64,000 nt of DNA from Deltaproteobacteria bacterium (GCA_020353155.1 CP070689.1:686682-750681), one strand, 5' to 3'. Shown: positions 20,302 to 30,298, counted from the first letter of the stretch. The notes: a model not told the origin generated them from the letters alone. Program-made: numbers and translations.

Positions 20302-21465
20302 CTAGCCCCCGAAGAGCGATCTTATTTTCATTAGAAGAGTTATGTCGCCCTTTATCTTATATTTCCTTGTCATGAAGGCCCATCGACCACTAATCTCGCC
20401 CCTAGCGACGGCAAGCCACACCTTGGCTGGGGTCTTGATAACCACATCGGGGTTTTCCACGGCCCCCTCATGGAAGGTGGCCTCTTGATCTGCAATTCTA
20501 ATGTGGGCGGTGAATTGCTCGTCTCCAGAAACCTCAAATTGATAAGTAACCTTCAACCCCTCTGCTTCCCTGGGGTTGAACCGTTGCGGCATACTCTTCA
20601 AGAGCTCAAACACAGTGGTTTCACTCGGGATGGCAGAAGCGTCTGACTTCATCGCCGCTTCTGGCTCTCCTGGGATAAAAACCCCTTCCTTCTGCTCCTG
20701 CATCATCTCCTCAATCCAGGCTTCCCTGACCCCAGGGTCCATGCTCGGCGGGGCCGGAGTCTGGCCGACATACGCCTCAAAGCCATCATAGAGGCCCATC
20801 TTCTGCCAATGCTCGTAGTCCGACTTCATGAACTCCCGATTTTCGCTCACCAGATAACCCATGAACTGCCAGAATCGAAGATCCAAATCAGTGGCGGGAT
20901 AACGACGTCCCTCCTCCACAGCCTTAACCAGGTCACGGGCCAGGTCCGCAGCCCTGGTCTCGACAGCTTCCTTGCCAACAAATTCGCCCGGTCCTACAGC
21001 AATTGCAGTTAAAGCCCCTACGGGAAAGGCCCCAAATGTTCTAATCACATATTTGAGATATTCAGCTACCGAGGTCTCACCAGACCCTGCTGAAACGCTA
21101 ACGGCAAGGCCAGGCTTCCAGGTTCTCCTAGGCTTGTGGCCGTAAGTGAGGGACCGGTCCAGAAAAGTCTTCATCTGGGCAGTTACGTTGAAAAAATATA
21201 CCGGGGAAGCCAGGATTATGGCATGGGCCTCCAATACCTTTCTGCTGAGACTTTTGTAGTCGTCTTTGATCCAGCAACTACCTTTTTCTATGCAGACGGC
21301 ACAACCAATACAGTAGACGATTTTATGCTGACTCAAGAATATCTCTTCGAACTCAAAACCCTCTTTCTCTACATGCCTCCTCAGCATGGCAAGCATCTGC
21401 GAGGTATTCCCTAGACCTGCATGGGGTGAACCATTGATGGCCACTGCTTTTTTTGGCTTGGACAT
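20302..21465 (-). CDS. Isf-like iron-sulfur flavoprotein (NADPH-dependent FMN reductase fold) fused to a C-terminal SCP2 sterol-carrier domain.
   Basis: 387 aa. The N-terminus (AVAINGSPH..., compact Cys motif CIGCAVCIEKGSC) matches the flavodoxin-like Isf family. The C-terminal ~100 aa (FNPREAEGLKVTYQFEVSG...YKIKGDITLLMKIRSLFG) match SCP2. Confidence 0.65.
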   Translation of the reverse strand: MSKPKKAVAINGSPHAGLGNTSQMLAMLRRHVEKEGFEFEEIFLSQHKIVYCIGCAVCIEKGSCWIKDDYKSLSRKVLEAHAIILASPVYFFNVTAQMKTFLDRSLTYGHKPRRTWKPGLAVSVSAGSGETSVAEYLKYVIRTFGAFPVGALTAIAVGPGEFVGKEAVETRAADLARDLVKAVEEGRRYPATDLDLRFWQFMGYLVSENREFMKSDYEHWQKMGLYDGFEAYVGQTPAPPSMDPGVREAWIEEMMQEQKEGVFIPGEPEAAMKSDASAIPSETTVFELLKSMPQRFNPREAEGLKVTYQFEVSGDEQFTAHIRIADQEATFHEGAVENPDVVIKTPAKVWLAVARGEISGRWAFMTRKYKIKGDITLLMKIRSLFGG

Positions 21466-21660
21466 GTCTAACTCTCCTTATGGATCTGCACTTCCAGAGA
21501 ATAAAAAGGATAGACACCAGGATACTGCATTCCTATCAGTGCTAGCAATTGATTTCAAATAAAGAATCCTGGCCCGACTCAGATCCCGCTCAGTGGGGGA
21601 GGACCTACCTTTGAGCAACTCCGATGAGGCAAATAGCTTGGTGCATAGTGCAAAGCGTTT

Positions 21661-21727
21661 GGTAAACAGTAAACGGTGAACGGTAAACCGATCATTCACT
21701 GGCTCCATAACTGTTTACCGTTTACGC
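21661..21727. repeat. GTAAACG/GTGAACG heptamer array arranged as an inverted repeat.
   Basis: GGTAAACAGTAAACGGTGAACGGTAAACCG ...(spacer)... AACTGTTTACCGTTTAC. The arms are reverse complements and can form a ~15-bp hairpin. Confidence 0.65.
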
Positions 21728-21842
21728 CTTTTCTGGCTATGGACCATGCGCTATGCTCCTCTTTGTCTTCAGAATGGCATTTCTGTTGCATGTGTAAGGA
21801 AATGAATAGCAAAAATGCGCATTTTGTCTGGGGCAATAATCT

Positions 21843-22076
21843 ATGGCAGATAACATTCTTTCTATAAATAACCTTTTTGAGCGGAAAGAAGACCCTCGCT
21901 ACGCGGACGGCTACACCTATTTTTGTCAAAAGTGTGGTCTGGAGTGCAATGTGGGGGAAGCATCGTTTAACTGCCAGGAAGGAAGGATTTTACCAGTCTA
22001 CATCAAATGTCGCTATGGCTGTGGTCGGTCTTGGCACCTAAAAATTTTTCCCTCAGGCAAGGTGGATCTTCATTAA
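21843..22076 (+). CDS. Hypothetical Cys-rich small protein (77 aa). Possible zinc ribbon.
   Basis: Eight Cys, including CQKCGLEC...C and C...YGCGRS. No clear RBS. An ORF only. Confidence 0.3.
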   Translation: MADNILSINNLFERKEDPRYADGYTYFCQKCGLECNVGEASFNCQEGRILPVYIKCRYGCGRSWHLKIFPSGKVDLH

Positions 22077-22109
22077 GGGATCTTAGATCCAAGAGAAGAA
22101 TAGAAACTA

Positions 22110-22306
22110 TGGCGGATTTTAAGCCCATAACGATTGACACCGTGTCAATTAAAGTCAGGATGACAAAAGACACCATGGAGCTGTTTTCCGTTCCGGTGCC
22201 CGCACGACAGCTTGAGTTTTCTTTTCAAGATCCGTCTGGGGTTCGCGTCCTCGACAACCCGCTGGAGGACAATTTAAGGAATTACGTTGCCTGGGGCAGG
22301 CTTTAG
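22110..22306 (+). CDS. Hypothetical small protein (65 aa from MADFKPI...).
   Basis: Internal ATG of ORF 22007..22306. No motif. Confidence 0.25.
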
Positions 22307-22433
22307 AGCTACCAAGATCCCAAAAGTCCTTAGCTAAGGCGCACTACTTTTTAATCTTCGCTTCTCTCAACAAAATTACCAAGGCTCAGCAAGATTACAG
22401 AGAACATCCCACTTCTTGCCAAGGCTTCTCACC

Positions 22434-22835
22434 TTAGGGTATGGTCTTACCTCCCTTACGTTTCTTCTGGGCAATGACATTCCCTATGAACTGAACGTCT
22501 GCTTCCGATATGTATTCAAACTCTGCACCTATTATGAAAAGACTGGAATCTTCTTGAGGGACCCGTTCCATCGCCCATATTGATTTTACTGATACCAGTA
22601 TGGGTTGATGGCTGGGAGGTTGGATTTCCAGCCGAAATTCTTGCCCTATGGGGGGCAACTCACGACAGTAAAAAGATGCTCCAACCTGACTGAGGCTCTT
22701 GGGTTCTCCCGTAAACTGTCCGTCGGAGGTGATGACAGTTGTGGGCCATTTGACCTCTATTCGCTCAAATCTGCGTCTATCTCTCTCGAAAACCATGATG
22801 CGCACCCTATTGCTAAAGCATTTGTAGACCGTCAA
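22434..22835 (-). CDS. PilZ domain protein, a putative c-di-GMP receptor.
   Basis: 133 aa. RRFERIEV (RxxxR) and a DGQFTGEPKSLSQVG (DxSxxG-like) motif. Confidence 0.65.
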   Translation of the reverse strand: MTVYKCFSNRVRIMVFERDRRRFERIEVKWPTTVITSDGQFTGEPKSLSQVGASFYCRELPPIGQEFRLEIQPPSHQPILVSVKSIWAMERVPQEDSSLFIIGAEFEYISEADVQFIGNVIAQKKRKGGKTIP

Positions 22836-22858
22836 AAAGGATGCTTAAAAAAAATAGG

Positions 22859-23047
22859 TTAACCATCAAGCACCAATTTTTGTTGGTTCCCCTTTGGGGA
22901 CACGCTTTGATGCCTTCCGAGGAAAAACATGCAGACCAAACACAACAGAGGAACAATCAGATACTCATTAGGGACATCATAAAGTACAGCGTAGCCAGCA
23001 AAAAGGGCCAAGAAGAGCTGAAAAAGCAGCAAGGTTATCCGTCTCAT
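22859..23047 (-). CDS. Hypothetical small membrane protein (62 aa).
   Basis: Two hydrophobic segments (LLLFQLFLALFAGYAVL, LIVPLLCLVCMFFL). It lies directly upstream of the PilZ gene on the same strand. Confidence 0.2.
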   Translation of the reverse strand: MRRITLLLFQLFLALFAGYAVLYDVPNEYLIVPLLCLVCMFFLGRHQSVSPKGNQQKLVLDG

Positions 23048-23326
23048 TAGATTTCCTCCTCAGATTATTGGTTGCACGTACGGCTCTGCAAATAATGGAA
23101 AAAATATGCCACATCTCTATAAATGATATTTTTTTCTTGTTTTCTCATATATTTAAACAAGAAATAACGTCCAGTCATAGTCGGCTAATCAGTCAAATTA
23201 AGCCGCTGCCGTATCCAAAAATGCATGTTTGGGGAATTTTTAAATACAGGTGGAGACACTTTTAGGAATGACGATTTAAAAACAAATCCTTCACAAGCAG
23301 ATCGCTGTTCCGCCTAAATGGTATCG

Positions 23327-23770
23327 TCAGGACTGACTAATCTCCTGGTACAGGGGGAGCACTGTCGTGTCTTTTGATTTGGACTTTGTAAGTTTGCCTG
23401 CCAACTTCCCCCCTGATTCTATGGAAAGTCTTCCGTAAGCTATCTCTCCAATTACTGTCCCTGTGCTTAATATGTTTAACCTGCCATTGCAGATCATCTC
23501 ACCTTGGAATTTTCCTGCCACACTTATGTTCTCTGCCTCCACATTCGCATCTACATCGCCTTCTTGTAGAATTTCAAGAGAGCCGCACTTTATCGTTCCT
23601 GTCACTGAACCATGCACAATGAGAGTGCCCTCTGTCTCTATGTTACCCTTAAAATTACTACTGTCAGAAATGATAGTAGTCTCTACAGTTTTGAATGGAC
23701 TTCTGAAAATCTTGCCTTTGGAAGGGCTATCATTTTGTTCCGGCGGTTTTTCCTTTGTTCTCTGCCACAT
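23327..23770 (-). CDS. Bactofilin (DUF583/CcmA-like polymer-forming cytoskeletal protein).
   Basis: 147 aa. Repetitive beta-helix pattern: FKGNIETEGTLIVHGSVTGTIKCGSLEILQEGDVDANVEAENISVAGKFQGEMICNGRLNILSTGTVIGEIAYGRLSIESGGKLAG. Confidence 0.75.
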   Translation of the reverse strand: MWQRTKEKPPEQNDSPSKGKIFRSPFKTVETTIISDSSNFKGNIETEGTLIVHGSVTGTIKCGSLEILQEGDVDANVEAENISVAGKFQGEMICNGRLNILSTGTVIGEIAYGRLSIESGGKLAGKLTKSKSKDTTVLPLYQEISQS

Positions 23771-23845
23771 GGTTTATCCTTGTCTGGGTTAAGATGTTTT
23801 CTGGATTACCAACAGTCAAAAAAAATGCAAAGTTTATGCCCATCC

Positions 23846-24049
23846 TCAGAGAATTCCTCCACAGTCGTTCTGGCAAAGTAGTAATTGTGCGCTCCGCCAT
23901 CCTGTAATCGGCCCCCAGTCTACTCCCAGCCAGTTACTTATGTAGCCTATGACTACGTTTACTTTTTCTCGAAATCCTGGGTACATTAGCGTGAGTAAAA
24001 CAAACAAGATCACTAACGCCAGCAATATAGGTATGATTTTCTTTTTCAT
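23846..24049 (-). CDS. Hypothetical small membrane protein (67 aa).
   Basis: Single TM (IIPILLALVILFVLLTLM). It lies between the thioredoxin-like gene and the bactofilin gene on the same strand. Confidence 0.3.
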   Translation of the reverse strand: MKKKIIPILLALVILFVLLTLMYPGFREKVNVVIGYISNWLGVDWGPITGWRSAQLLLCQNDCGGIL

Positions 24050-24065
24050 CCCGCGATCCCCACTG

Positions 24066-25034
24066 CTAGTTTTGCTTGTTGTAGCTGTGTACCCGGACCA
24101 TGTAGTCTATATTTTCAATGAAATCATCGGGTGACCTTCTGTCGGCGACTTGTATTATTGTCTCACCGCTATAATCAAGGAAAAAAACTGATGGTATATA
24201 TCTTACTTCGTATTCTTTGACTAATTGCCTTTTAGCTTTATCTACATCTATATATATGTTAACTAGCTGAGTTGATGCGTTTGCTACATCGTCATGAGAA
24301 AATACATTTTTGACCATTTGTTTACATGCACCACACCAAGAAGCAGAAAAAACAAGCATAACCGGTCTGCCAGATTTTAACGCTGCATCAAGTCCTTTAT
24401 CATAATCTGTGTAAAAGGATATTTTGCCTATGGTTTTTTCTTCAGCTACATTTTTGTAAGCAAATAATGTAACTCCTGCCAAGAATAGAATAACCAAAAC
24501 TGTAGAAAAGCTAATAAACCACCGTTGTACTCCTCTGAAACCGACGAGGTCTGCCTCAGGACCACCTGGCCTTGCTTCAGCCGTTGGTGCATGAGGTCTT
24601 TGATAAAATTTACTTACAACTATTCCGCAGCGAAGACACTCCTCAGATTCCTCCTGTTCAAACTGGCATTTAGGACAAATCATAATGTCCTGCTGCCTCG
24701 GTTCTTCCTTCTCTTTTTCCATCATGAGGGGCTGTTCCAGGCCAACATGAGCCTCCAATTCTTCCACCTTACATACGGCTCCTGCCCTCTCAAAGGCCTG
24801 CAAGTATTTCATTGCTGTCTCATGATCCACATCCTTTTTTATCGCTAACCTTTTACCGGAAAAAAACCGCTCGATTTGCGCCTCATTGGCCCTAAAAAGA
24901 GTGGCCAGTCCTCTTTTCACCTCCTCAACTTGCATTCCGTCGAGAATCTCTCCCTCAAATACCACCCTGTAACGCCGCTCCGTCATGATCTTCTTCCATG
25001 TCGTGAGACGGGACACCTTAGTTGCGGTGCCCAA
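24066..25034 (-). CDS. Membrane-anchored thioredoxin-fold protein with a cytoplasmic zinc-ribbon.
   Basis: 322 aa. N-terminal soluble domain, CPKC...CLRC zinc-ribbon, one TM helix (FISFSTVLVILFLAGVTLFAY), and a C-terminal thioredoxin-like domain with the WCGAC active site. Confidence 0.65.
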   Translation of the reverse strand: MGTATKVSRLTTWKKIMTERRYRVVFEGEILDGMQVEEVKRGLATLFRANEAQIERFFSGKRLAIKKDVDHETAMKYLQAFERAGAVCKVEELEAHVGLEQPLMMEKEKEEPRQQDIMICPKCQFEQEESEECLRCGIVVSKFYQRPHAPTAEARPGGPEADLVGFRGVQRWFISFSTVLVILFLAGVTLFAYKNVAEEKTIGKISFYTDYDKGLDAALKSGRPVMLVFSASWCGACKQMVKNVFSHDDVANASTQLVNIYIDVDKAKRQLVKEYEVRYIPSVFFLDYSGETIIQVADRRSPDDFIENIDYMVRVHSYNKQN

Positions 25035-25237
25035 TGATCAGACCCCCTTGTCCTTACTTCAAAAGGAGGCCTTGTCTGAGTTACCGCGACTAATTTATGC
25101 AAAATCCGTCCCAGAAGCGGGAGGTGGTGTGCATTTTCCCCATTTCAGAGCATTTAGGGGTAACCGTGAAGTGACAACTTCTTGCTGGAGATTTTAGGGT
25201 AGGTGACCCTCTGGCTGAATAACTGGCGGGGACCGGG

Positions 25238-26575
25238 CTAGGCCCTGATCACATTAGGCTCACCACTTCTGTACACCCCACGGGTGTCCACGATTAGGTC
25301 TGCATGAGCACCGATGAGATCGTAGGGAAAGTCGTCGTGGTCTGTTACCAGAAGAACAGAGTCGACCTTTTTGAGCAAATCGGGGGTTAACTCCTGGGAT
25401 GTCAAATCGAATTTGTGTTTTCGCATGGGGGGGAACACCGGGACATGGGGATCGCTGTAGCTCAGCTCAGCACCTTTGCTCCTCAGAATTTCCATGATCT
25501 CCATGGCTGGTGACTCCCGGGGATCATCGACATTTTTCTTGTAGGCAAGACCCAGCACTAGGATCTTTGCCCCTTTGACCGATTTACCCTTTTCATTCAA
25601 ACCGTCCGTCAACTTGCCCACCACCCATTGGGGCATAGCGGCGTTGACCTCCCCGGCCAGTTCGATGAAGCGAGTGTTGATTCCGTACTCCCTAGCCTTC
25701 CAGGTTAGATAGAAAGGGTCAATGGGAATACAGTGTCCTCCTAACCCAGGTCCCGGATAAAATGGGGTGAAACCGAACGGTTTTGTGGCAGCAGCGTCAA
25801 TAACCTCGCGGATGTCGATTCCCATGCGGTCCGCCACGACTTTGAGTTCATTTACCAGCCCAATGTTCACTGCCCGATAGATGTTTTCCAGAAGCTTGGT
25901 CAACTCGGCTGCCCGGGTGGAGGACAAGGGCACCACCTGCTCCACCACTTCACCGTAAAGGGCCCGGCCGACTTCCGAACAAGCAGTTGTTGAGCCCCCA
26001 CATACCTTCGGGATGTTCCGGGTATTGTATAAGGGGTTGCCCGGATCCTCTCGCTCCGGGGAATAGACTAAAAAAATGTCCTTGCCCACAACAAAGCCGA
26101 CCTCTTCGAGTCTGGATCGGACTTCTTCCTCAGTTGTGCCAGGATAGGTAGTGCTCTCGAGGCTGATTATCTGGCCACGACGCAATTGGGGCAGAAGTGA
26201 ATTCACCGTGTTGCGCACGTAGGATAGATCCGGTTCCCGGTTTCTGTTTAGCGGGGTTGGAACGCAGAGGATCAGAACATCCGTTTCTGAAGCACGGCTG
26301 TAATCGTTTGTGGCCTCGAAAAGAGGCACGGTTTTGCCCTCTGCAATTTGAACCCGCTCCTTGCTCCTCTCGGCAATGGCGGCCGAAGGGATATGGCCAA
26401 TATAACTTTTGCCCTTTTTGAGCTTGGCCACCTTAGCTTGATCTATGTCAAAGCCCAGCGTGGGAAACCCCACTTCGGCAAAACGCAGCATCAGTGGGAG
26501 CCCAACATAGCCAAGCCCCACGATCCCAACAACAGCCTTATGGTCTTTGATCTTCAGGATTAGTTGCTCTTTCAT
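25238..26575 (-). CDS. Nucleotide-sugar dehydrogenase (UDP-glucose/UDP-N-acetyl-mannosamine/glucosamine dehydrogenase family).
   Basis: Start MKEQ (ATG at 26575). The NAD-binding motif is [11 protein letters not shown]. The catalytic region carries the GGHCIPID-type Cys, and a C-terminal UDP-binding domain is present. Confidence 0.85.
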   Translation of the reverse strand: MKEQLILKIKDHKAVVGIVGLGYVGLPLMLRFAEVGFPTLGFDIDQAKVAKLKKGKSYIGHIPSAAIAERSKERVQIAEGKTVPLFEATNDYSRASETDVLILCVPTPLNRNREPDLSYVRNTVNSLLPQLRRGQIISLESTTYPGTTEEEVRSRLEEVGFVVGKDIFLVYSPEREDPGNPLYNTRNIPKVCGGSTTACSEVGRALYGEVVEQVVPLSSTRAAELTKLLENIYRAVNIGLVNELKVVADRMGIDIREVIDAAATKPFGFTPFYPGPGLGGHCIPIDPFYLTWKAREYGINTRFIELAGEVNAAMPQWVVGKLTDGLNEKGKSVKGAKILVLGLAYKKNVDDPRESPAMEIMEILRSKGAELSYSDPHVPVFPPMRKHKFDLTSQELTPDLLKKVDSVLLVTDHDDFPYDLIGAHADLIVDTRGVYRSGEPNVIRA

Positions 26576-26692
26576 CAGATTCCTCTTATGTGTCGAAGCC
26601 AAGAGAAGCAAAGTGTATGCCGTATTTTCAATAACACCGACTCTTTTAACAACTTCAAACAACCAAGAACTTAGTTAATTGCATACTACGTA

Positions 26693-26822
26693 AAGCACAG
26701 AGCATGAAGCATAGCGTCAAGTTCAAAGTTTCAAGTATGATCTGTCCTTTGATCTCTGACCTCCGACCTCTGACTTCTATCTCCTGTATTCTGTCTTCTC
26801 TCCTCTGCCCGCTGCCTGCTGG
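26693..26822. repeat. Composite heptamer array (AGCATNN, then CAAGTT, then an 11-unit CTCTGAC/CTGTCCT family) in a divergent promoter region.
   Basis: AAGCACAG AGCATGA AGCATAG ... GATCTGTC CTTTGAT CTCTGAC CTCCGAC CTCTGAC TTCTATC TCCTGTA TTCTGTC TTCTCTC CTCTGCC CGCTGCC TGCTGG. Confidence 0.8.
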
Positions 26823-26898
26823 AAATAGGCGGTTGCATTCTACCTCACCAGTGGTTATAGTTCCACTACCGTTTGTACATACCAACTAGGAGGATATT

Positions 26899-27120
26899 AT
26901 GAGGGAACAAATTGAACAGGCTTTAGACAAAATTCGGCCTGCTCTTCAGCGTGACGGTGGCGACATAGAGCTGGTAGAAGTGGAAGAAAGTGGCATAGTG
27001 AAAGTTAGGCTCACCGGCGCTTGCGGTGGCTGTCCCATGTCTCAAATGACTCTCAAGCAAGGTGTGGAGCGTATCGTCAAGCAATTAGTACCTGAAGTAA
27101 AGTCGGTGGAGTCCGTATAA
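26899..27120 (+). CDS. NifU-like Fe-S cluster scaffold/carrier domain protein (Nfu C-terminal domain type).
   Basis: 73 aa. CGGCPMS, a CxxC motif in the NifU C-terminal context. A strong SD (AGGAGG) lies 5 nt upstream of the ATG. Confidence 0.8.
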   Translation: MREQIEQALDKIRPALQRDGGDIELVEVEESGIVKVRLTGACGGCPMSQMTLKQGVERIVKQLVPEVKSVESV

Positions 27121-27133
27121 CCTTCCAAACAGT

Positions 27134-27604
27134 TTACTTGTGGTACTTCTCCCCTCGCATAATAGTGCGGGCCCGGTAAAGTTGTTCCAAAAGAATCAGC
27201 CTGCTCATTTCGTGGGTAAAGGTCATTTTTGAAAGGGAAAGCAGGGTCTGGGCCTGACTCCTCAGCTCATCCGTAAACCCAAGAACCCCCCCTACAGCAA
27301 AGCACAGTCTACGGCAGCCCTCCCTCTCTAGTTTTCTCCACCACCTAGCCAGGGATACTGAGCTGAACTGTCTTCCCAGCCGATCTAGGACCACCAAATG
27401 GGATTGGTCGGGCACGGCAGCCGCTACCCTTCCGCTCTCGGTGGAGACTACCCGGGCCGCCTGATCGTCTCGAGTCAGCCTCTCAGCACGGACAATTTTA
27501 ACCTCCACCGGCAGATATCGCCGCAATCGGGTCAGGAAGTCCTCGATACCTTCCCGCAGATAAGGCTCGCGGGTCTTACCCACGAATATCAATTGGATTT
27601 TCAT
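27134..27604 (-). CDS. rlmH: 23S rRNA (pseudouridine1915-N3)-methyltransferase RlmH (SPOUT).
   Basis: Start MKIQLIFVGKT, with a 4-nt overlap of the tlyA stop. The SPOUT C-terminal knot region is GGVLGFTDEL-like. Confidence 0.85.
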   Translation of the reverse strand: MKIQLIFVGKTREPYLREGIEDFLTRLRRYLPVEVKIVRAERLTRDDQAARVVSTESGRVAAAVPDQSHLVVLDRLGRQFSSVSLARWWRKLEREGCRRLCFAVGGVLGFTDELRSQAQTLLSLSKMTFTHEMSRLILLEQLYRARTIMRGEKYHK

Positions 27605-28344
27605 TGGTCGGATTTCACTGCGCAAATAAAAAACTCACGATTTCCTTTGGGGCCAAGTAAGCTCGATTCTTTCACCCCCCGAACCTCCATCCCCTGATTC
27701 TGACAGAATTGCTCTATCTCTCTCACCACTTGCCTATGCAGCTCGGGGTCGCGCACAACGCCACCTTTGCCCACCTGGCCCCTTCCCACCTCAAATTGAG
27801 GTTTTATCAGCGCCAGTAGCTGACCGCCCCCTTTGACAAACTCGAGAACTTTTGGGATTACTTTTGTGAGGGAAATAAAAGAGGTGTCAATAACTGCCAG
27901 GTCTACGAGCTCTGGAACTTGCTCACTGGTCAGGTAGCGCACATTACATCTTTCCAATATCACCACCCGCGGATTTTGCCGAAGCTGCCATGCCAGTTGG
28001 CCGTAGCCTACATCAATTGCATAGACTTTTTTCGCCCCCCGCCGCAAAAGGCAATCGGTGAAACCACCAGTGGATGCGCCCACGTCCATAGCCACCGAAT
28101 CGGCCACTTCCATTGAAAAACTATCCAAGGCTGAGGCTAATTTGAGACCGCCACGGCTAACGTAGGTCTCGTCCTGATCGATAAGTTCGACATGAGCGTC
28201 TACCGCTACCTGTTGACCCGCCTTGGAGGCCTGGCAGCCGTCAACTTGCACCTTGCCAGCTAGAATCAATGCCACTGCCCGCTGGCGGCTTTTAGCCAAA
28301 CCTCTTTCTACCAGCAGAATGTCAAGACGTGAGCGATCAGCCAT
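27601..28344 (-). CDS. tlyA: TlyA-family rRNA 2'-O-methyltransferase (hemolysin A-like).
   Basis: 247 aa. An N-terminal S4 domain (RLDILLVERGLAKSRQRA) and an FtsJ-like MTase with DVGASTGGFTD. Confidence 0.85.
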   Translation of the reverse strand: MADRSRLDILLVERGLAKSRQRAVALILAGKVQVDGCQASKAGQQVAVDAHVELIDQDETYVSRGGLKLASALDSFSMEVADSVAMDVGASTGGFTDCLLRRGAKKVYAIDVGYGQLAWQLRQNPRVVILERCNVRYLTSEQVPELVDLAVIDTSFISLTKVIPKVLEFVKGGGQLLALIKPQFEVGRGQVGKGGVVRDPELHRQVVREIEQFCQNQGMEVRGVKESSLLGPKGNREFFICAVKSDQ

Positions 28345-28360
28345 CAGCTATCGGCTAAAC

Positions 28361-30298
28361 CTAAAACGCGGCTTTTTGGACGCCTTCGCCTGCAACCATG
28401 CTACGGGCGGCCTGGACGATTGCCGGAGTATCAATGGAACACATGGCCCGCTGTACTCGTTGAGAAGCGTGTTCAATGAACTGGTCACCGATGCCCAACC
28501 GGACAACCCTGATCCCAGTCAAGCCCTCTTCAGCCAACAGTTCGAGCACTGCACTTCCGAAGCCTCCCTCCAGAACATTTTCTTCCACGGTGATCACACG
28601 ATCGCTTTGTTTGACCGTCTCCAGAATGAGTTCTTTGTCCAGCGGTTTTACGAAACGGCAGTTAACAACCGCTGCCCGCACACCCTCTTTTTCAAGCTCC
28701 TTGGAAGCCTCGACCGCTGGCCAAACCCTGTTACCTATGGCCAGGATGGCCAGATCATCGCCTTCACGCAAGAGCTTACCTTTGCCGATGTCCATTGACC
28801 GAATTTCAGAATCCAGGGGTACCCCCTCAGCCGCTCCGCGCGGATAGCGCAGAGCTGCTGGGCCATCATGTTCCAGGGCGGTTTTGAGCATTCGCTGCAG
28901 CTCATTTTCATCAGCAGGGGCCATTAGCACCATGTTTGGCACGTGGCGGAGGTAGGAGAGATCGAAAACCCCGTGATGAGTGGGACCGTCCTCACCCACC
29001 AACCCCCCTCTATCCATCACAATGGTCACGGGCAGATTTTGTAGGCATATATCATGAACCACCTGGTCATAGGCCCGCTGCAAAAAGGTACTGTAGATGG
29101 CTGCCACAGGCTTAAAGCCCTCCAGAGCCAATCCGGCAGCAAAGGTTACCGCATGCTGCTCGCAGATTCCCACATCAAAAAAACGTTCCGGATAGAGAGC
29201 GGCAAATTGACTCAAACCGGTGCCCTCGGGCATGGCAGCTGTTATGGCAACTATTTTCTCGTCCTCCCCGGCCAATCTCACCATGGTCTGTCCAAATATC
29301 TTCGTATAGGAAGGTGCTCCCGGTTTCTTTATGGGTTCTCCCGTACTCACTTCAAACCTTCCCAGACCGTGAAACTTGGAAGGATCGCATTCCGCCGGCC
29401 TGTAACCCTTACCTTTTGTAGTCAGGGCGTGCACCAGCACCGGCCCTCCATGGTTTTTGGCGTTGGTGAAGGCCTCGATGAGACGGTCCAACCGATGCCC
29501 TCTTATTGGGCCGATATAGTTGAACTTCAGGGCCTCAAAGAGCATACCTGGTGTAAAAAAACTCATCAGTGAGTCCTCGCCCCTTTTTGCCAGTTGCACA
29601 ATGTCGTCACCAATTCCAGGTATACTGGTGAGCAGGCTCCTCACATCCTTCCTGATACGCACCGCCAGCTTACTGGTCTTCTTGCGGCTCAAGAAGGATG
29701 AAAGAGCGCCAACATTAGGAGCGATAGACATCTCATTGTCGTTCAAGACCACTATGAGATCGCGCTCCAAATGGCCAGCCTGGTTCAGTCCCTCGAAAGC
29801 CATACCCCCGGTCATGGACCCGTCGCCAATAACGGCGATTACCCTGTTTTTGTCGCCTTTGATATGTTTGCCCGAGGCGAAACCCAGGGCCGCTGAAATG
29901 GAGGTGCTGGCATGGCCAACACCAAAGGCATCGTAAGGACTTTCGCTCCTCTTGGGAAAACCGCTTATTCCTCCGTGTGTTCTAATGGTGTGGAACTTTT
30001 CTCTTCTACCGGTAATCAATTTATGGGCATAAGCCTGATGGCCCACATCCCAGATAATCACATCATCGGGTGCATCGAACACATAATGTAGAGCCAGAGT
30101 AAGTTCCACCGCCCCGAGGTTGGGAGCCAAGTGCCCGCCGGTTTGGGAAACTGTACATACGATCTCGTCCCTGATCTCCTCGGCCAGTTGATAGAGCTCT
30201 TCGATTGTTAAGGACTTGAGATCTTGGGGGCCGTCAATGCGAGGCAGAAGTGATTCCTTCTGTTCCTCTGAGTTGGAACTTTGTTTGCTGGTTTCCAT
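28361..30298 (-). CDS. dxs: 1-deoxy-D-xylulose-5-phosphate synthase.
   Basis: Likely start METSKQ (ATG at 30298). The listed ORF extends to 30337. The TPP motif GDG(X)n[11 protein letters not shown] and a transketolase-like C-terminal region are present. Confidence 0.95.
   Translation of the reverse strand: METSKQSSNSEEQKESLLPRIDGPQDLKSLTIEELYQLAEEIRDEIVCTVSQTGGHLAPNLGAVELTLALHYVFDAPDDVIIWDVGHQAYAHKLITGRREKFHTIRTHGGISGFPKRSESPYDAFGVGHASTSISAALGFASGKHIKGDKNRVIAVIGDGSMTGGMAFEGLNQAGHLERDLIVVLNDNEMSIAPNVGALSSFLSRKKTSKLAVRIRKDVRSLLTSIPGIGDDIVQLAKRGEDSLMSFFTPGMLFEALKFNYIGPIRGHRLDRLIEAFTNAKNHGGPVLVHALTTKGKGYRPAECDPSKFHGLGRFEVSTGEPIKKPGAPSYTKIFGQTMVRLAGEDEKIVAITAAMPEGTGLSQFAALYPERFFDVGICEQHAVTFAAGLALEGFKPVAAIYSTFLQRAYDQVVHDICLQNLPVTIVMDRGGLVGEDGPTHHGVFDLSYLRHVPNMVLMAPADENELQRMLKTALEHDGPAALRYPRGAAEGVPLDSEIRSMDIGKGKLLREGDDLAILAIGNRVWPAVEASKELEKEGVRAAVVNCRFVKPLDKELILETVKQSDRVITVEENVLEGGFGSAVLELLAEEGLTGIRVVRLGIGDQFIEHASQRVQRAMCSIDTPAIVQAARSMVAGEGVQKAAF

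Noticed and set aside
22841-23050. A 69-aa ORF on the + strand overlapping the 62-aa minus-strand small membrane ORF.
   Set aside because: The two ORFs overlap on opposite strands. The + strand one is hydrophilic with no RBS and lies in the promoter-proximal AT-rich region of the PilZ gene. The minus-strand candidate is weak but more plausible; the + strand one is not.
28223-28798. A 191-aa ORF on the + strand, and others at 28476..28847 and 29054..29572.
   Set aside because: They are antisense within tlyA and dxs. Both sense genes have clear family signatures.
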